DNA of 63,654 nucleotides, filler included, from Folioceros fuciformis (GCA_049999805.1; 14 parts of 14 records of this genome joined end to end with filler, not necessarily neighbours in it); one strand, 5' to 3'; numbered from the whole stretch's first letter, positions 11,695-24,423 are shown. Numbers and translations: made by a program. Notes: generated by a model from the letters alone, not told the origin.

Positions 11695-13147
11695 NNNNNN
11701 NNNNNNNNNNNNNNNNNNNNNNNNNNNNNNNNNNNNNNCGGCGGGGCCGTGTCGTGCCGTCGCTAAATGAGGGACGGGCGTTGACCACGGACATGCCGGG
11801 TGCCGGGTGCCGGGTGCCGGGTGGGTGCACTGCCGGACAGCGCAGCTTCCTGGGCTTGGATTGTCATGCGTATATAACATGCCCACCCCACATACTCATA
11901 CATGAGTACACATGATGCAAATCTGAGCATCTCGCATTTTTACAATAAAATAATATTCATGTGAGGATCTTGTGTTATAATAATAATAATAATATAAATA
12001 CTCGATGTATGCTACGTGAGGATCGTACACCCTTGGAATCAAGCAATACAATAAGCTATCTACTTTCGTTGCCGTTAATGTAGGAGGTATTGAAGAATAC
12101 TGGTTTTTTTACACAACATATGTATCAAATTAAACACAATGATATGTTTCAATTGTAGGAAAATCCGTGCTTAACGGACTCGAATAAGACGACTTCTTCT
12201 TCGTCGTCGTGTTGCTTCCTGGACGGGTCGAGGTCCTGACTCAGGGGCTCGCGGANNNNNNNNNNNNNNNNNNNNNNNNNNNNNNNNNNNNNNNNNNNNN
12301 NNNNNNNNNNNNNNNNNNNNNNNNNNNNNNNNNNNNNNNNNNNNNNNNNNNNNNNGTGTGAGCCCGAGCCCGAGCCCGAGTCCGAGTGCGAGTGGGAGAC
12401 CGAGTGGGAGAGGAAGTCCGATGAGGTGGGCAAGGGGGAAGGAGGCCAGGTTGGCTTGGATTGGCTCGCGTGATGGGGCGATGCACACACACAATGCTGG
12501 TCGCCACGTGCCTGGCCCTTTCAACTTGGCTGCGAAGGACGTTACGGACAGGCAGCAACTTGCCCCAGGCCGGGCCGCCCCCTCTCTTTCTACCATATCA
12601 CTTGCAGAGAATGACAGCCTGCCCGCCTGCATCCCTGCATTTGCGCCTGCAACTGTGGATTCCTTCCTTCCACACACCTTGCGGTGGAAGGTGCTCAGGA
12701 AGGTCGCAGCTAGCAACTTGGCCATCATATGGATGGGACTCGGCCCAGGGCTCTGCACCTTCCTGCCTTTGCCTTTGCCTTTGCCTTTTGCCTTGCCTTG
12801 CCTGCCCCTGATGATGTTATTATCTCCTGGCGCTGGCCCCCTTGCCTTGTGCTGCTCTGCACCAGTCCAGCCCCTCAGGGGCCCACAATTGCATATCTTA
12901 GGGGAGAGATACTTATGTTTCTTCTCCTTCCTTTCTTTATTGGTAACCCACTGTGTGAGCATAGGCGGGTGGATTAGATACAGATGCTAACAACAGGCAA
13001 CAAGAGGCCAGGGACCTGGCCCTGCCCCTGGTCCGGGGGCCTGGGGCCTGGACTCTGAAGAATGGGCACCTACCTGGCAGTACCACCAACAACACCGCCT
13101 GTCTTTGTATCATAACATGTGAATAATATTATTAATATAAGCAAGTG

Positions 13148-13272
13148 CAGGTTCAGGTCGAGCAGGGGCACGTCGAGAAGGGGCAGGTCCAGGTCGCGCA
13201 GGTCGAGCAGGGACAGGTCCAGGCCGCGCAGGTCGAGTAGGAGCAGGATCAGAGAGAGCAGGAGCAGCAGCA
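13148..13272. repeat. Degenerate 15-bp tandem repeat (caggtcgagcagggg-like)
   Basis: Repeated caggtc/gagcag units. It translates as an RS-rich tract on + and an LLDL-periodic tract on -. Confidence 0.6.
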
Positions 13273-14147
13273 GATCCCAAATCCCATATCTCCTGCCACC
13301 GCCACCTGCAACTTCCTTCACTTTGGATTATCCGCACGGCCAAGCCACGACATACCCGCAAACATTGTTTGTTCTTTGATGCCTTGCCGCTGTGGTGTCT
13401 ACATATCGACACCCACATGCATGTGTGCACAAATGACATAGCCTTGTGTGTGAGAGATCACGATGGGATTCATCTGTCCCTCCATCTGTCTCTGTCACTG
13501 TCTGATACCGGGACCACAAGCAAAAGCAACAGGACTATGGCACTACTACAACACATGTGGTGCACTGCACTGCCTATGACAGCGTCTCCTCTTCACACTC
13601 TTCGTACACAACGCGGACGCACATACAGTCACACACAGGAACAGATAGATATGTAGCAGCAGAGGCAGCAGCATGCAGCCTCCTTCCCTGTCCTGCCGGC
13701 TCCATCCCTGCACTACGGGTACTAGCCCACATATACATGTAGAGCTCAACAAGATGCGGATGCCGCGCGGCCTGACCTGGCCGCCTGGCCTGGCTGCCAC
13801 CTCAAGTGCCACCGTCACACATACCTGCCACTGCACGTCACTCACATCACCCTTGTCGGCAACCGGCAACAACAACGCACTCGTGATGCACACTCATCGC
13901 TCCACTCTCAACTGGCCAGACTCTCTATTCTGTATGAATGAATGGAACCCGAGAATGCAGCCACGCCGCACCCTGGGCCAGCTTGTTTGCTTGTGTCGCG
14001 CTTTGTACAAATTAATCTGACACAGCCCACAGCAAAAATCTGGGGGTGTGGCACAGGGGATCTCTTCCTACAGTTACAACGGGTTTCAATTCCTTCCCTA
14101 CCCTCCCTACATTCGGATGCATCCATCACGAAATACGAAATCCCACA

Positions 14148-16839
14148 TTAACTTGCCGTGCTCTCCCCTTTTGTTCCACTACCAGCACCACTACCAGACG
14201 CAGCAGGCTTGGGGCCTGGAGATTTGGTTGGGGAGCAATGCCTCTTGGACGTTGGTTCAGCGCTGGGGCTTTGTATGCTGCCCTCTGCATCTGCACCCAG
14301 CTCCACCTCTAACCTAGTTGGACCATCGTCTAGTTTCCTGCTACTACTCTGGCCATCCACTTGAGACCCCTCCGACTCCTCCGTTTCTCTTGTGGGCGAA
14401 GAGGTCTCATTCCCGCTGCTACTGGATTCCCCACCTGCTGCTTCTGCTGCTGTTGCTGCCCCACTACCTCTCCTCTCCAGGACATCCGCCGACGCCGACT
14501 GAGTCAGTGCAAGGGAGAAACCTGGCACAGTTATTCCTCCCACTTTCCTCTTCCTGTTTACTGACCCAGTGTTTGGGCTGCCGACCAAACTGGGTGCCTT
14601 GGTTGAATCACTCTCGCCGCTTGTTGCCCTCCCGACAGGACTACCTTGATCCTGCTCCCTGGTATCTCGGACGCCCGACGACTCGCAAGCACCACCGGAG
14701 GGCCGCCTCAAATCCGAACCCAGGCTCTGGGCTTGCTCTGCTGCCTGCTGCTGCTGCTGCTGCTGCTGCTGGCTACTAGCCCCCGTTGCTACAAGTGGGG
14801 GTCTTGAGAAACTAGCGCCCATTCCATCACTAGTACGTTGCAACTGCACCTCCTTGGATCCGTTTCCAGCATCCTTAGCCCTGAAGTCCATTGCGCTCAT
14901 GAAGTTATAGCTTCCGGACACTGGTGGCTCATGGGTCGAGGGACAAGAATTGTTGCCATTACCATTACCATTCCCATTCCACAGAGACAGCTGAAAGGAT
15001 AGGCTCAAACCACTCGTGAAGCTGTCGGACGCATAGCCCCTTTGAGTCCTCTTGCCCTCCTCCTCCTCCTTGGAGGTCGCGGAGGCAGCTTTCGCACAAG
15101 CTTCAAGGTTCACCCCAAACAGCCTAGTACCAGAAGCAGTGGCTCCTCCAGAAGCTGTACTGGACTCGGCAGTAAGGCGTCTGTGCAAGCCAGAGCCCCC
15201 GTCAGCAGCATTAGCATTGTTGCCCAAAGATCCAACGCTGCCAAGGGAACCCTGAGGCTCCATCACTTCGTCCGAGGAAACGGACACCGCCCCTGGCCGA
15301 GAGTACCTGCTCACTGCTGAAAGTTGGGCCTCTGCCAAGAGCGCTGCTTCAGCGCCATTGGAACCTTTGAATGGTCCAATTTGGAACTGGCTGCCGCCAT
15401 GCGGCCTGAATCCAGCTCCAGCGCCATGAGAGAAAAGACGGGCGAACTGGGCAGCACCCGAGCTTGACCCTGGGTCGGCCGCTATGCCACCACCTTGCAG
15501 TTGCTTGCCGCTTTGGCCTTGAATAGGCCTCGACAACAAGGGAGCCCAGGGCATCGCGCCGGATGTCATCTTGGACGTGTAAGCAGAGTTGGCCTGAGAC
15601 GCGAGCAGGTGATGGTTGTTGCTGGTAGGAGCCGCCGCAGCATGACTGTTTTGGTTGAGCAGGCCTGCTGCTCCCAGCAGAGGAGGGTGTTGTAGTTGCG
15701 GGTTCTGCTGCGGAATCCCAATCCCCCAAGGGCGCAGCGCACTCCTGTCCGTCATCATATTCATGTTCGTCTGAGGGGGACGGCGACGGAAGTCGATATA
15801 GAGCTCCTGGTTAGGCCCCCTCTGGAAAGACACGATGTCTCCCGCATCCAGCTTCTTCTCCTTCACGAATCTGCTCCACCCTTTGGTAAGCACGTAGCTC
15901 TGGCTGCTGTTCCAATACGAGTACCTGAACCTCCATTGCTTGCCCGTCGCGTCCTCGAACGCCAGAGTCTGGCCAGGAGAATTGGTGGAGAGATCCAGCG
16001 GGAAGCACCTCTCAGCGTGCTGCTTTGGAATAACAAGCCTGTTCAGCTTCCCCACGTCACTGGGAGTGACTGCCTTGTCGAAGAGATTTTCCCGCACCCA
16101 GTGGGATCTGGAGGGTGGCATGGCAACCGGATCCGCAGCACCATCCTCTGCGCTGATCCGCGAGAGGCCTGCAGCCTCGGCTGCCCCTCCCTCAACTCCG
16201 GGGTAAGACAAGTGCGAGGGACTGGCAGCTGAATCAAGGGTGGAGACAAGGAAGCACAAATCAGCACTAGCTCACCAGGCATGACGTAGCGCACCGGCAC
16301 CAACACCACGGACGGACCTTGCCAGGCAAAATGAGGAAGGAGGCGTGTGTTACCTAGGAAGGAAGGCGCTGCAGTTGCACGAGAAGAAGAAGAAGAAAGA
16401 TCCTTGCTGTGGTGATGCAGCAGGAGCTGCTGCTGCTGTTGCTGCTGCTGAGCAACAAGAGACGCGCTATGGCTGTGGCTCAGCTGAAGTTGATGTTGCG
16501 TTGCTGCCCTCATGCAGAGGGCTGCCCGGCGGCTATGCTCCAGTTCCTCGTCGTAGGTGTGGCGACGGAGCATGTCCACAATCTGCTCCTTGCTATGAGA
16601 CCTGAGGAACGCTGCCTCGGGATTGGAATCGGGAACAAGAGGGAAGTTGGTCATGGCGTCCCGGCCCCGGAATTTCATGGCAGCACGATCGTAAGCCTTG
16701 GCCGCCTCCTCCTCCCTGTTGAAGGTCCCCAGCCAAACCCGCTGATGCTTCTCGTAGATTTGCGCCCCCCAGCGACCATTCGGCTGGGGCACCACCCCCC
16801 GGTACTGCGACGACGGCAGCTTCCCGTGCTCTGCCTTTC
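14148..16839 (-). CDS. RAV: RAV-family AP2 + B3 transcription factor (5' end lost in gap; one intron 16229-16353)
   Basis: AP2 domain [60 protein letters not shown]3 domain [33 protein letters not shown]...[39 protein letters not shown]; repression motif RLFGVNL. A 125-nt GT..AG phase-1 intron joins the two ORF-track frames in register. Confidence 0.93.
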
Positions 16840-16939
16840 NNNNNNNNNNNNNNNNNNNNNNNNNNNNNNNNNNNNNNNNNNNNTTAATTAATTAANNNNN
16901 NNNNNNNNNNNNNNNNNNNNNNNNNNNNNNNNNNNNNNN

Positions 16940-19830
16940 TGCTTTTGAGTGTATAGCAACCTGGATTCCTATGGTACAGAAACAAACTGGCAATTTTGTG
17001 AAGTGTTTTCGCACTGACAACGGTGGGGAGTTCATTGGACATCGATATGATGAGCTTTTTTCAGCGCATGGGATTATCCGTCATTTAGCCATTCCATGTA
17101 CTCAACAACAAAACGGTGTTGCTGAGCGTAAGAACCAGACCCTGATGGGTATGACTAGGAATATGCTTGGATGGGCAGGTTTGCCCAAACACTACTGGGC
17201 AGAAGCTATCTCAACTGCTACCTACATACTTAATAGAGTGCTNNNNNNNNNNNNNNNNNNNNNNNNNNNNNNNNNNNNNNNNNNNNNNNNNNNNNNNNNN
17301 NNNNNNNNNNNNNNNNNNNNNNNNNNNNNNNNNNNNNNNNNNGAGCTCTTTTCAAAGCATGGGATCATCCGTCAGTTAGCCATTCCATATACTCAACAAC
17401 AAAACGGTGTTGCTGAGCATAAAAACCAAACCCTAATGGGTATGACTAAGAGTATGCTTGGATGGGCAGGTTTGCCCAAACACTATTGGGCATAAGCTAT
17501 CTCAACTGCTACCTACATACTTAATAGAGTGCTGAATAATGCAGTACCTAGAAAAACTCTATATGAGGTGTTCTGGAGGAAGAAGCCGAGCTTGTTGCAC
17601 TGGCGGGCGTTTGGCTCCACAGCATATGCTTATGTCCCTAAACAGAAGAGGCGCAAGTTAGATGATAGGGCTAGACCCCTGCTTTTCCTTGGCTATTCAG
17701 AAGTCTCAAAGGCTTACAAGCTGTTTGATCCTGCAACCTATAAAGCGATTGTGGCACGAAGTGTAACCTTTGATGAACTTACTACTCCTAGAAGGCAGGC
17801 TTCCACGCAGTTTGGGACAGAGTCCACAGTTCCAGTGATTGATGAGTCACGTATATCATATGAAGAAAATAACATAGGCCCCCTACAACAAGTTGTTCGC
17901 CAACCATTAGTGCATTACCCTGATTCTGATGGCGAGAATGATCTACCCACCTTGGTTGGAGATGAGACTGGTGAAGAGACTGCAGTTGCACCACATGTTG
18001 CTCACGGTGCCTTCGATCTGAATGATGAACACTCAGAGTCCACTGGTTCTCTCCAGGATACTGATGAGATAATTGAACTGTCAGATGGTGAGTTCCCGGA
18101 TGACCGAGCAGGGAGTAGCTGCAGACGAGCTTGTTGTGGTCTCTGAGCCTAGATATCCTACATGGGAGAGGCGTTCCCGTGAACATTGAACAGAACCACC
18201 TTATAAGGCAATTGATTTTAGACAAGGTTCTCGGGCTCATGTTGCAGACTTCATAGTACCTATAGTTCGTCTGGATCCACAAACTTATGACGAGGCTGTT
18301 AATGGCCCTGACGGTTCTCACTGGCGTGCGTCCATAGACGATGAATATGCTTCTCTCATAAAAAAACAACACCTAGGAGCTTATGGATTTGCCTGTAGGA
18401 CGGAAACCTATTAGCTGCAAATGGGTGTTCAAAACAAAGTTGAAAGCAAATGGGACAATCGCCAGATACAAGTCTCGCCTAATTGCTCGTGGTTTCAGTC
18501 AAATTCCTAGCATTAACTATGGTGACACATCTTCTCTAGTGGTGAAGCCTCCCTTTTATCGGTTTCTCTTGGCGATGGCCGCAGAGTATGATCTGGAAGT
18601 TCAGCAAATCGACGTTTATACTGCCTTTCTGTATGGAGAGCTCAAGGAGACCCTGTATATGCAACAACCACTAGGGTACATTAGTCCAGAGAATGCCAAT
18701 AAAGTGTCAAGCTGCTGAAAACGATTTATGGTCTTAAGCAGTCACCTCGAGCATGGTATAAGCGGATAATGAAGTAGTTGCACCAACTTGGTTTCCTGCA
18801 GTCGCCAGCAGACACCAATGTCTTTTATTCTGCTGTTGATTCGCTGTTTGTCATCCTTGCCCTGTATGTCGATGATTGTGTGCTTCTAAGCAACAACCCT
18901 AATCAACTTCAGAAGGTGAAGGCTATGCTGCGTCAGGAGTTTGAGATGAATGACCAAGGTGATTTACCGTTTTGCTTGGGTATTCAGATCCTGCGCAACC
19001 GTTCCCATGGTCAGATCATTTTGCATCAAACAAAGTATATTAAGGAGATTCTGAAACAATTTAATTTGGATGAGGCCCGACCAGTTGCCACTCCCTCTGT
19101 AATGGGGGAGAAACTTACCTCTTCTATGTCTCCTCAGAGTGATTGTGAACTTGAGAACATGCAACTTGTTCCATATGCAGCGGCAGCTGGGTGCCTGATC
19201 TTTTTGGCAAACTGGACACGACCTGGTATCAGTTACTCTGTCTCAATTGTCTCCCAGTTCTTGAAGCCTTCTGGACGGCAGCACTGGGCAGCAGTTAAGA
19301 GGATTTACCGATATCTTAAAGGCACCATTTCTTATGGTTTGCAACACACCAATAGTGGGAGTAATAGATGTGAACTTACCTCCTTCGCTGATGTTGATTG
19401 GGCCTTTGATGCTGACACCAGGAAGAGTTTGTCTGCATATTGTTTTCTCTTGGCTTCTGGTACTGTTAGTTGGAGCTGCAAGAAGCAGACTTCTTTGGCA
19501 CTTTTGTCCACTGAAGCTAAATATAGAGCTCTCAATGATGCCTATAAAGAAGCTGAGTGGGGAAGACAATTTCTGGAGTCAGTTAATCAAGCTCAGACAA
19601 GTCCAACACTACTGCTATGTGACAATATGAGCACAATTGCCCTTGTCTCCAACCCTAGGTTTCATGCCAGAACCAAGCATATAGAACTCTATCATCACTA
19701 TATAAGGGATGCAGCTGAATGAGGCATAGTCAAGGTCGAGTATGTTAGCACACATTTAAATACTGTAGACATACTTACTAAAGGGCTCTCCAAAGCCAAA
19801 CACTTTCAACACATGGCTGCTTTAGGTCTC
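16940..19830 (+). mobile_element. Ty1/copia pol fragment (integrase-RT-RNase H), pseudogenised
   Basis: Integrase FRTDNGGEF...QQNGVAERKNQTL...YWAEA; RT KPISCKWVFKTK...YKSRLIARGFSQ, QIDVYTAFLYG, LALYVDD; RNase H FADVDWA...[31 protein letters not shown]. Several stops and frameshifts. Confidence 0.95.
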
Positions 19831-20015
19831 AGGGAGTTCAGCTATCCCCAGCCTGGCACATTGTCTATTTACTGTGCAAAATTGGTATTGGGGTTCTCTA
19901 GGGTTTTGTGCACACCACACAGGGAGGTCAACACCTTGGTGGCTCATGCCACAACTTCAGTCAGGCTTCAAACTTTATATGAAGTAGCCTTAGGCTCAGG
20001 ACTACCTTGCACAGG

Positions 20016-20627
20016 TTATAGCCAGTTGTCAGTGACATGCCTGTTTAGAGGATGAAGCTCAACAGAAGTTCTAGACGTAAGCAGTGCATGGCTAGGTAGT
20101 TGTTTACTTAAAGGGCAGAGTTTCTTGCCGCACAGGGGGCACAACCTGCTCCTGTAAGCACAAACACCACAATCTTTAGTAGCGTTACGTTTTGCCTTGT
20201 TTACCTCAATGTCATCAAGAACGTTGTCAGCAGCTAAAGTAGCTCTTCTCACAGACTCCTCTACTAGCTCTGCTTGCTGCCTGGCCACCTCGGCCCTTTT
20301 TGTGTCCAATAGTTTCTCCATCTCTGCAAGCGTCGCGAACACTATCCCCACTTGGTCGGCTAGCAGGGGAGTAGTGGGAAGCCCTCTAGGAGCATGGGTT
20401 CTGCGAGGAGGGATACTCGCCACTTCGTCCTCCTCGTCAGTTGAGTTGGGCACATGAGACAAGTTTGTGATGCTTGGCTTAGAAGCTCCGGAGGATTCTT
20501 CCAAGTCCAGCTCTATCACTGGAACGCTAGCAGGGCAGTGAGGCAGGTCGGCATGCGCTGAGGCGTTGGTCACAGGCGCAAGCGTCACAGCTGGAGTCAC
20601 TCTTTTGGCTGTTGAGCGCCTATGCTT
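20016..20627 (-). CDS. Unknown ORF antisense to and just downstream of copia pol (coiled-coil + Cys cluster), 5' end in gap
   Basis: The frame is open from the gap (KHRRSTAKRVTP...) for ~200 codons. It has a helical EMEKLLDTKRAEVARQQAELVEE segment and CGVCAYRSRLCPLCGKKLCPL. Confidence 0.45.
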   Translation of the reverse strand, partial: KHRRSTAKRVTPAVTLAPVTNASAHADLPHCPASVPVIELDLEESSGASKPSITNLSHVPNSTDEEDEVASIPPRRTHAPRGLPTTPLLADQVGIVFATLAEMEKLLDTKRAEVARQQAELVEESVRRATLAADNVLDDIEVNKAKRNATKDCGVCAYRSRLCPLCGKKLCPLSKQLPSHALLTSRTSVELHPLNRHVTDNWL

Positions 20628-20727
20628 NNNNNNNNNNNNNNNNNNNNNNNNNNNNNNNNNNNNNNNNNNNNTTAATTAATTAANNNNNNNNNNNNNNNNN
20701 NNNNNNNNNNNNNNNNNNNNNNNNNNN

Positions 20728-23700
20728 TCATAACCCTAAACCTAACTCCGACCTAATTCTAACCCTGACCTAGCCCTAACCCCGACTTATGCCCTGGTTA
20801 CTCTTATCAAAATTAATCGACCTCTCAAAACTACCAAAACTCACAAGTGCCTCTCGACACTCTCTTCCCCCCTCCGATCCTCTCCTTAGATCATCTGCAA
20901 CCCTTCAGAGACCCCACTGTCTTCAAATCCTTTCCTCCATTCTGCTGGCCAAGGCCCATGACCCGGTAGACCTACTCATCTAGTGCCCTGCAGCTCGTCC
21001 CCAGATCCCGCTGAGCCAACCGCCAGCCGCTAGGCGAGAACCTGGCTCTGGCAGTGCCCCCTGCACCTCGCCCTGCCGGCCAGGATTTCCTCCACAACGG
21101 CCGCCAATCTGGCTCTTGCTGCCTGTCCCTCAATCGTCCCTCCTCATCCGACCGACCTGTTTCCCCCTGCCGGANNNNNNNNNNNNNNNNNNNNNNNNNN
21201 NNNNNNNNNNNNNNNNNNNNNNNNNNNNNNNNNNNNNNNNNNNNNNNNNNNNNNNNNNNNNNNNNNNNNNNNNNTCTAACCAGGCCAACCCGCCTCCGAC
21301 AGAACCCTCCACTTGTCAAAACCCTAAACCTAACTCCGACCTAATCCTAACCCTGACCTAGCCCTAACCCCGACTTTTGCCCTGGTTGCTCTTATCAAAA
21401 TTAATCGACCACTCAAAACTACCAAAGCTCACGAGTGCCTCTCAACACTCTCTTCCCCCCTCTGATCCTCTCCTTAGATCATATGCAACCCTTTAGAGAC
21501 CCCACTGTCTTCAGATCCTTTCCTCCATTCTGGTAGCCAAGGCCCATGACCCGGTAGACCTACTCATCTAGTGCCCTGCAGCCCGTCCCCAGCCCCCGCT
21601 GAGCCAACCGCCAGCCGCTAGGCGGGAACCTGGCTCTGGCAGTGCCCCCTGCACCTCGTCCTGCCGGCCAGGATTTCCTCCACAGCGGCCGCCGATCCGG
21701 CTCTTGCTGCCTGTCCCTCGATGGTCCCTCCTCATTCGACCGACCTGTTCCCCCCCCTCGGCTTGGCTGGCCGGCCTAGGGTGGATCGTCGCCTGCTTGC
21801 CCAGGTCGACTGGCCAGTGGTCGCCAACCGGCCTCCAGATTCAGCCAGGCAACCAGCATGTCCAGCTGGCTGACTACTGGCTTCACCCTCCCAACGCCTG
21901 GTAGCTTGGGCTCCTTCTTCGAACAACTCCTGAAAGGTCTTCCGCAGATCCAATGCCACCCTCCTGACCTCCAATTGTTCTAACTTTTCCTTCAACTCCA
22001 GTTCACCCTTAGCGAGGACCTTCTCCCTGCCAACGAAGGCATTCCCCAGCTGCTGCCATAGCTGCCTATAGAGGTCCCCTGGCTCAGCCCCAGCTTGATC
22101 CTACAAGCGCCACCTTGATGCCTGCTTGTCTGCCAGCCTGCCGCAATCCAGCCCAACCTCCTTGCCAACCAGTCCGCCTGTCTACGCAACCGCGATTCCA
22201 CCTAGCTAATCGGTACCAAAAACACAAGCACACAAACAAGAGTTGCTTGGATTTCACCAAGTCTCCGCAATTCCATCCCCAATCCAAATCACCCGCCTAC
22301 TTGCCGATCCGGCCAACCCATCTGGTCTCCGGCCCTCGGCCTACGCAACCGCCTACCTGCTACTGGCCAGCCAGCCAGACCCTCGGCGTGGATCCTGGTT
22401 CAAGTTTAGCTCAGATCCACCCTGCCCAGCCACCGATCCGCCCGCCGTTTGTTGAGCCCGGAGCACCCTCCTACTAGCTGCCGATTTGGCCATCCTGCCT
22501 ACTGTCGGCCTGTTGCTGCTGCTTGGTTGCCTAGCCACGGTTTAGCCAGCTTGCCGACTAACCACGATCTAGCCAGCCAGCCTGGATCCGGCGAGTGCCT
22601 AGATCTGGCGCCTCTCGGCCTGCCTGGATCCGTCTCCTGCAGCCATAGCCTGGATGCCAGCCCGTCATCTAAAGCCCGGCTTGCCTGCCAATCCGGCCAG
22701 GTCTGCCTGGCGGGATCCCACCCGGCCAGTCGCCAACCAGCCTGGCTGGCTGCTGGATTCGCCACCTCCGTTGCTTGGAGTCCACCACCAGGCCTCTGCT
22801 TGGGTCCTGCAGCCAGGCCGCTGCCTGGCTTCAAGGTCCAACCCCGGCCGCCCAGATTTGGCACCGCTCACTGGCTTGCCCGGGTGCTTGCCAATCTGCC
22901 AGGATCTGCTTGCAGCCCGCCTAGCCTAGATCTATCGTCGCCCGCCTGGCCTGGATCTAGCGCCGCCCGCCTGGCTCCAACTCCGACCAGCCCTGCCGCC
23001 CAGCCATCCCTGTGTTGGCTCTGAGCTTGGCGCGCAAGTCTTGCAGCCTATCTGGCTGTCTACCTGCTTGCCTCTTGATCCGGCAAGCCAGCTAGCCGCC
23101 GAGCCGGCTGCTCCTGCTGCACTTCGGGCTGCTTGGCTGCTGACGGGCCCGGCTACCTGCTGTCCCTCTTGCCTGCAGCCAGCCGACCCGCTGGATCCAG
23201 CTAGGACCCCAGCCCAGACCCGGACCCGGCCTGCTACACCTGTGGATCCCGGCTAGGCCGCCGCCAACGCGGCCTACCTCAGCCCCGCTTCACACCTGCC
23301 TGGGCCTGCCATAGACTGCCCCGGCGACCTGCACAGGCCGCCGGGGCACCTTGCCCCCATTTGGTCTACCTCCACCACTACGGGGCTGCATGCATATCCT
23401 GTCCAGGGGTCGCAACCCGACCATTCGCCTTCCAGACCCGGTAGCTGTGGAGCCGCTTGCTGACTCCCCGATCCGGCCCCGTCCTCAACCAGCCATTAGC
23501 CACCAGCCTACCTGGATGCCAAATCGCCCACTGCCCAGTTGCTCGGCTCTAGGATCGGCCAGCTAGGTCGCCACCAGACTTGCCTTCGAATCCGCTAGCA
23601 GCCAACTGAATCAGGCCCCAGCTTGGATGGCTCCTGCTTTGATTTGCCCACCTTTGCCTGGATGGTCTGCTGCTGCTGCCAGCCTGCCAACTGGTCACAG

Positions 23701-24175
23701 TCCAGCCGACCAGGCGGACTACTTGGACCCCCACAGCTTGCCGGCTGTTGGATCACCCGGCTGCTGCTCAGCAGCCGACCTCTATTGGCCAGCCCCTGCC
23801 AAGCCGATTCACCCAGGCCGCCCACCTGCCTAGCCTGTGCCGATCTGGACCAGCCGCAGCCAGCCCGCAAGCCACCTGCAACCTGGCTAGCTGGTCAGTT
23901 GGCCCGCCTGCTTAGCCTTATCAGTCAGCCTCCCCTGCCAGCCAGCTCACATGGATCAGCCCTAGGCCCACCTAGCTTGGATCCAGCACCGTCTCTGGCT
24001 GCCTGCCTGGAGCTGGGCCGGGCTGGGTTGCGGGCTAGGCTCCTCAGCAGCCCGCCAACCCGCCATCCGACCTTGGCCCTGCTAGCCAAACAGCCGGGCC
24101 GCTGCTGGCCCCATCCTGATTCCTGCTGCCGCTGGTGGCCTGCTTACTGCCGAGTTGCCAGGCTGCTCCCCAGCT
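20728..24175 (-). mobile_element. LTR-retroelement family A: two copies of PPT + LTR start with telomere-like tract, and GC-rich non-coding internal region
   Basis: On the minus strand a polypurine tract (GGAGGGGGGAAGAGAG) is directly followed by TGTCGAGAGG/TGTTGAGAGG at 20859 and 21447. Near-identical blocks occur at ~61022-61320 and, more diverged, ~37990-38200. The internal region is CCAGCC/GGCTGG-rich with no recognisable protein. Confidence 0.7.
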
Positions 24176-24423
24176 NNNNNNNNNNNNNNNNNNNNNNNNN
24201 NNNNNNNNNNNNNNNNNNNTTAATTAATTAANNNNNNNNNNNNNNNNNNNNNNNNNNNNNNNNNNNNNNNNNNNNGAACAGGTATGACCCATCAAGCAAG
24301 CCTATCAACAAGCAAGAGATGCCGATCAGTGGGGCGACACAACCTGAAACATGACGGTTGATATCTGACCAGGTCTCCTGCACCTCTGCTGGGCACCCTC
24401 CTGCCTTCGAGCAGCGGAAATGA

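Noticed and set aside
12149-12990. Overlapping 200+ aa ORFs on both strands
   Set aside because: They contain hexamer repeats and an N gap, with no recognisable domain. Could hide a small gene, but unsupported.
13119-13379. RS-rich ORF as an SR splicing factor or protamine-like protein
   Set aside because: No RRM or other domain; explained by a 15-bp tandem repeat that is open on both strands.
16971-17530. Tandem duplication of the integrase core
   Set aside because: The two similar copies flank a 100-N gap and are most simply two element copies joined by scaffolding. The overlaps around gaps at ~21175, ~42906 and ~59529 have the same explanation.
21700-24175. Numerous 60-200 aa ORFs on both strands (also 31200-33900 and 62700-63654)
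   Set aside because: Expected in GC-rich low-complexity DNA; Pro/Ala/Arg-biased with no domains.
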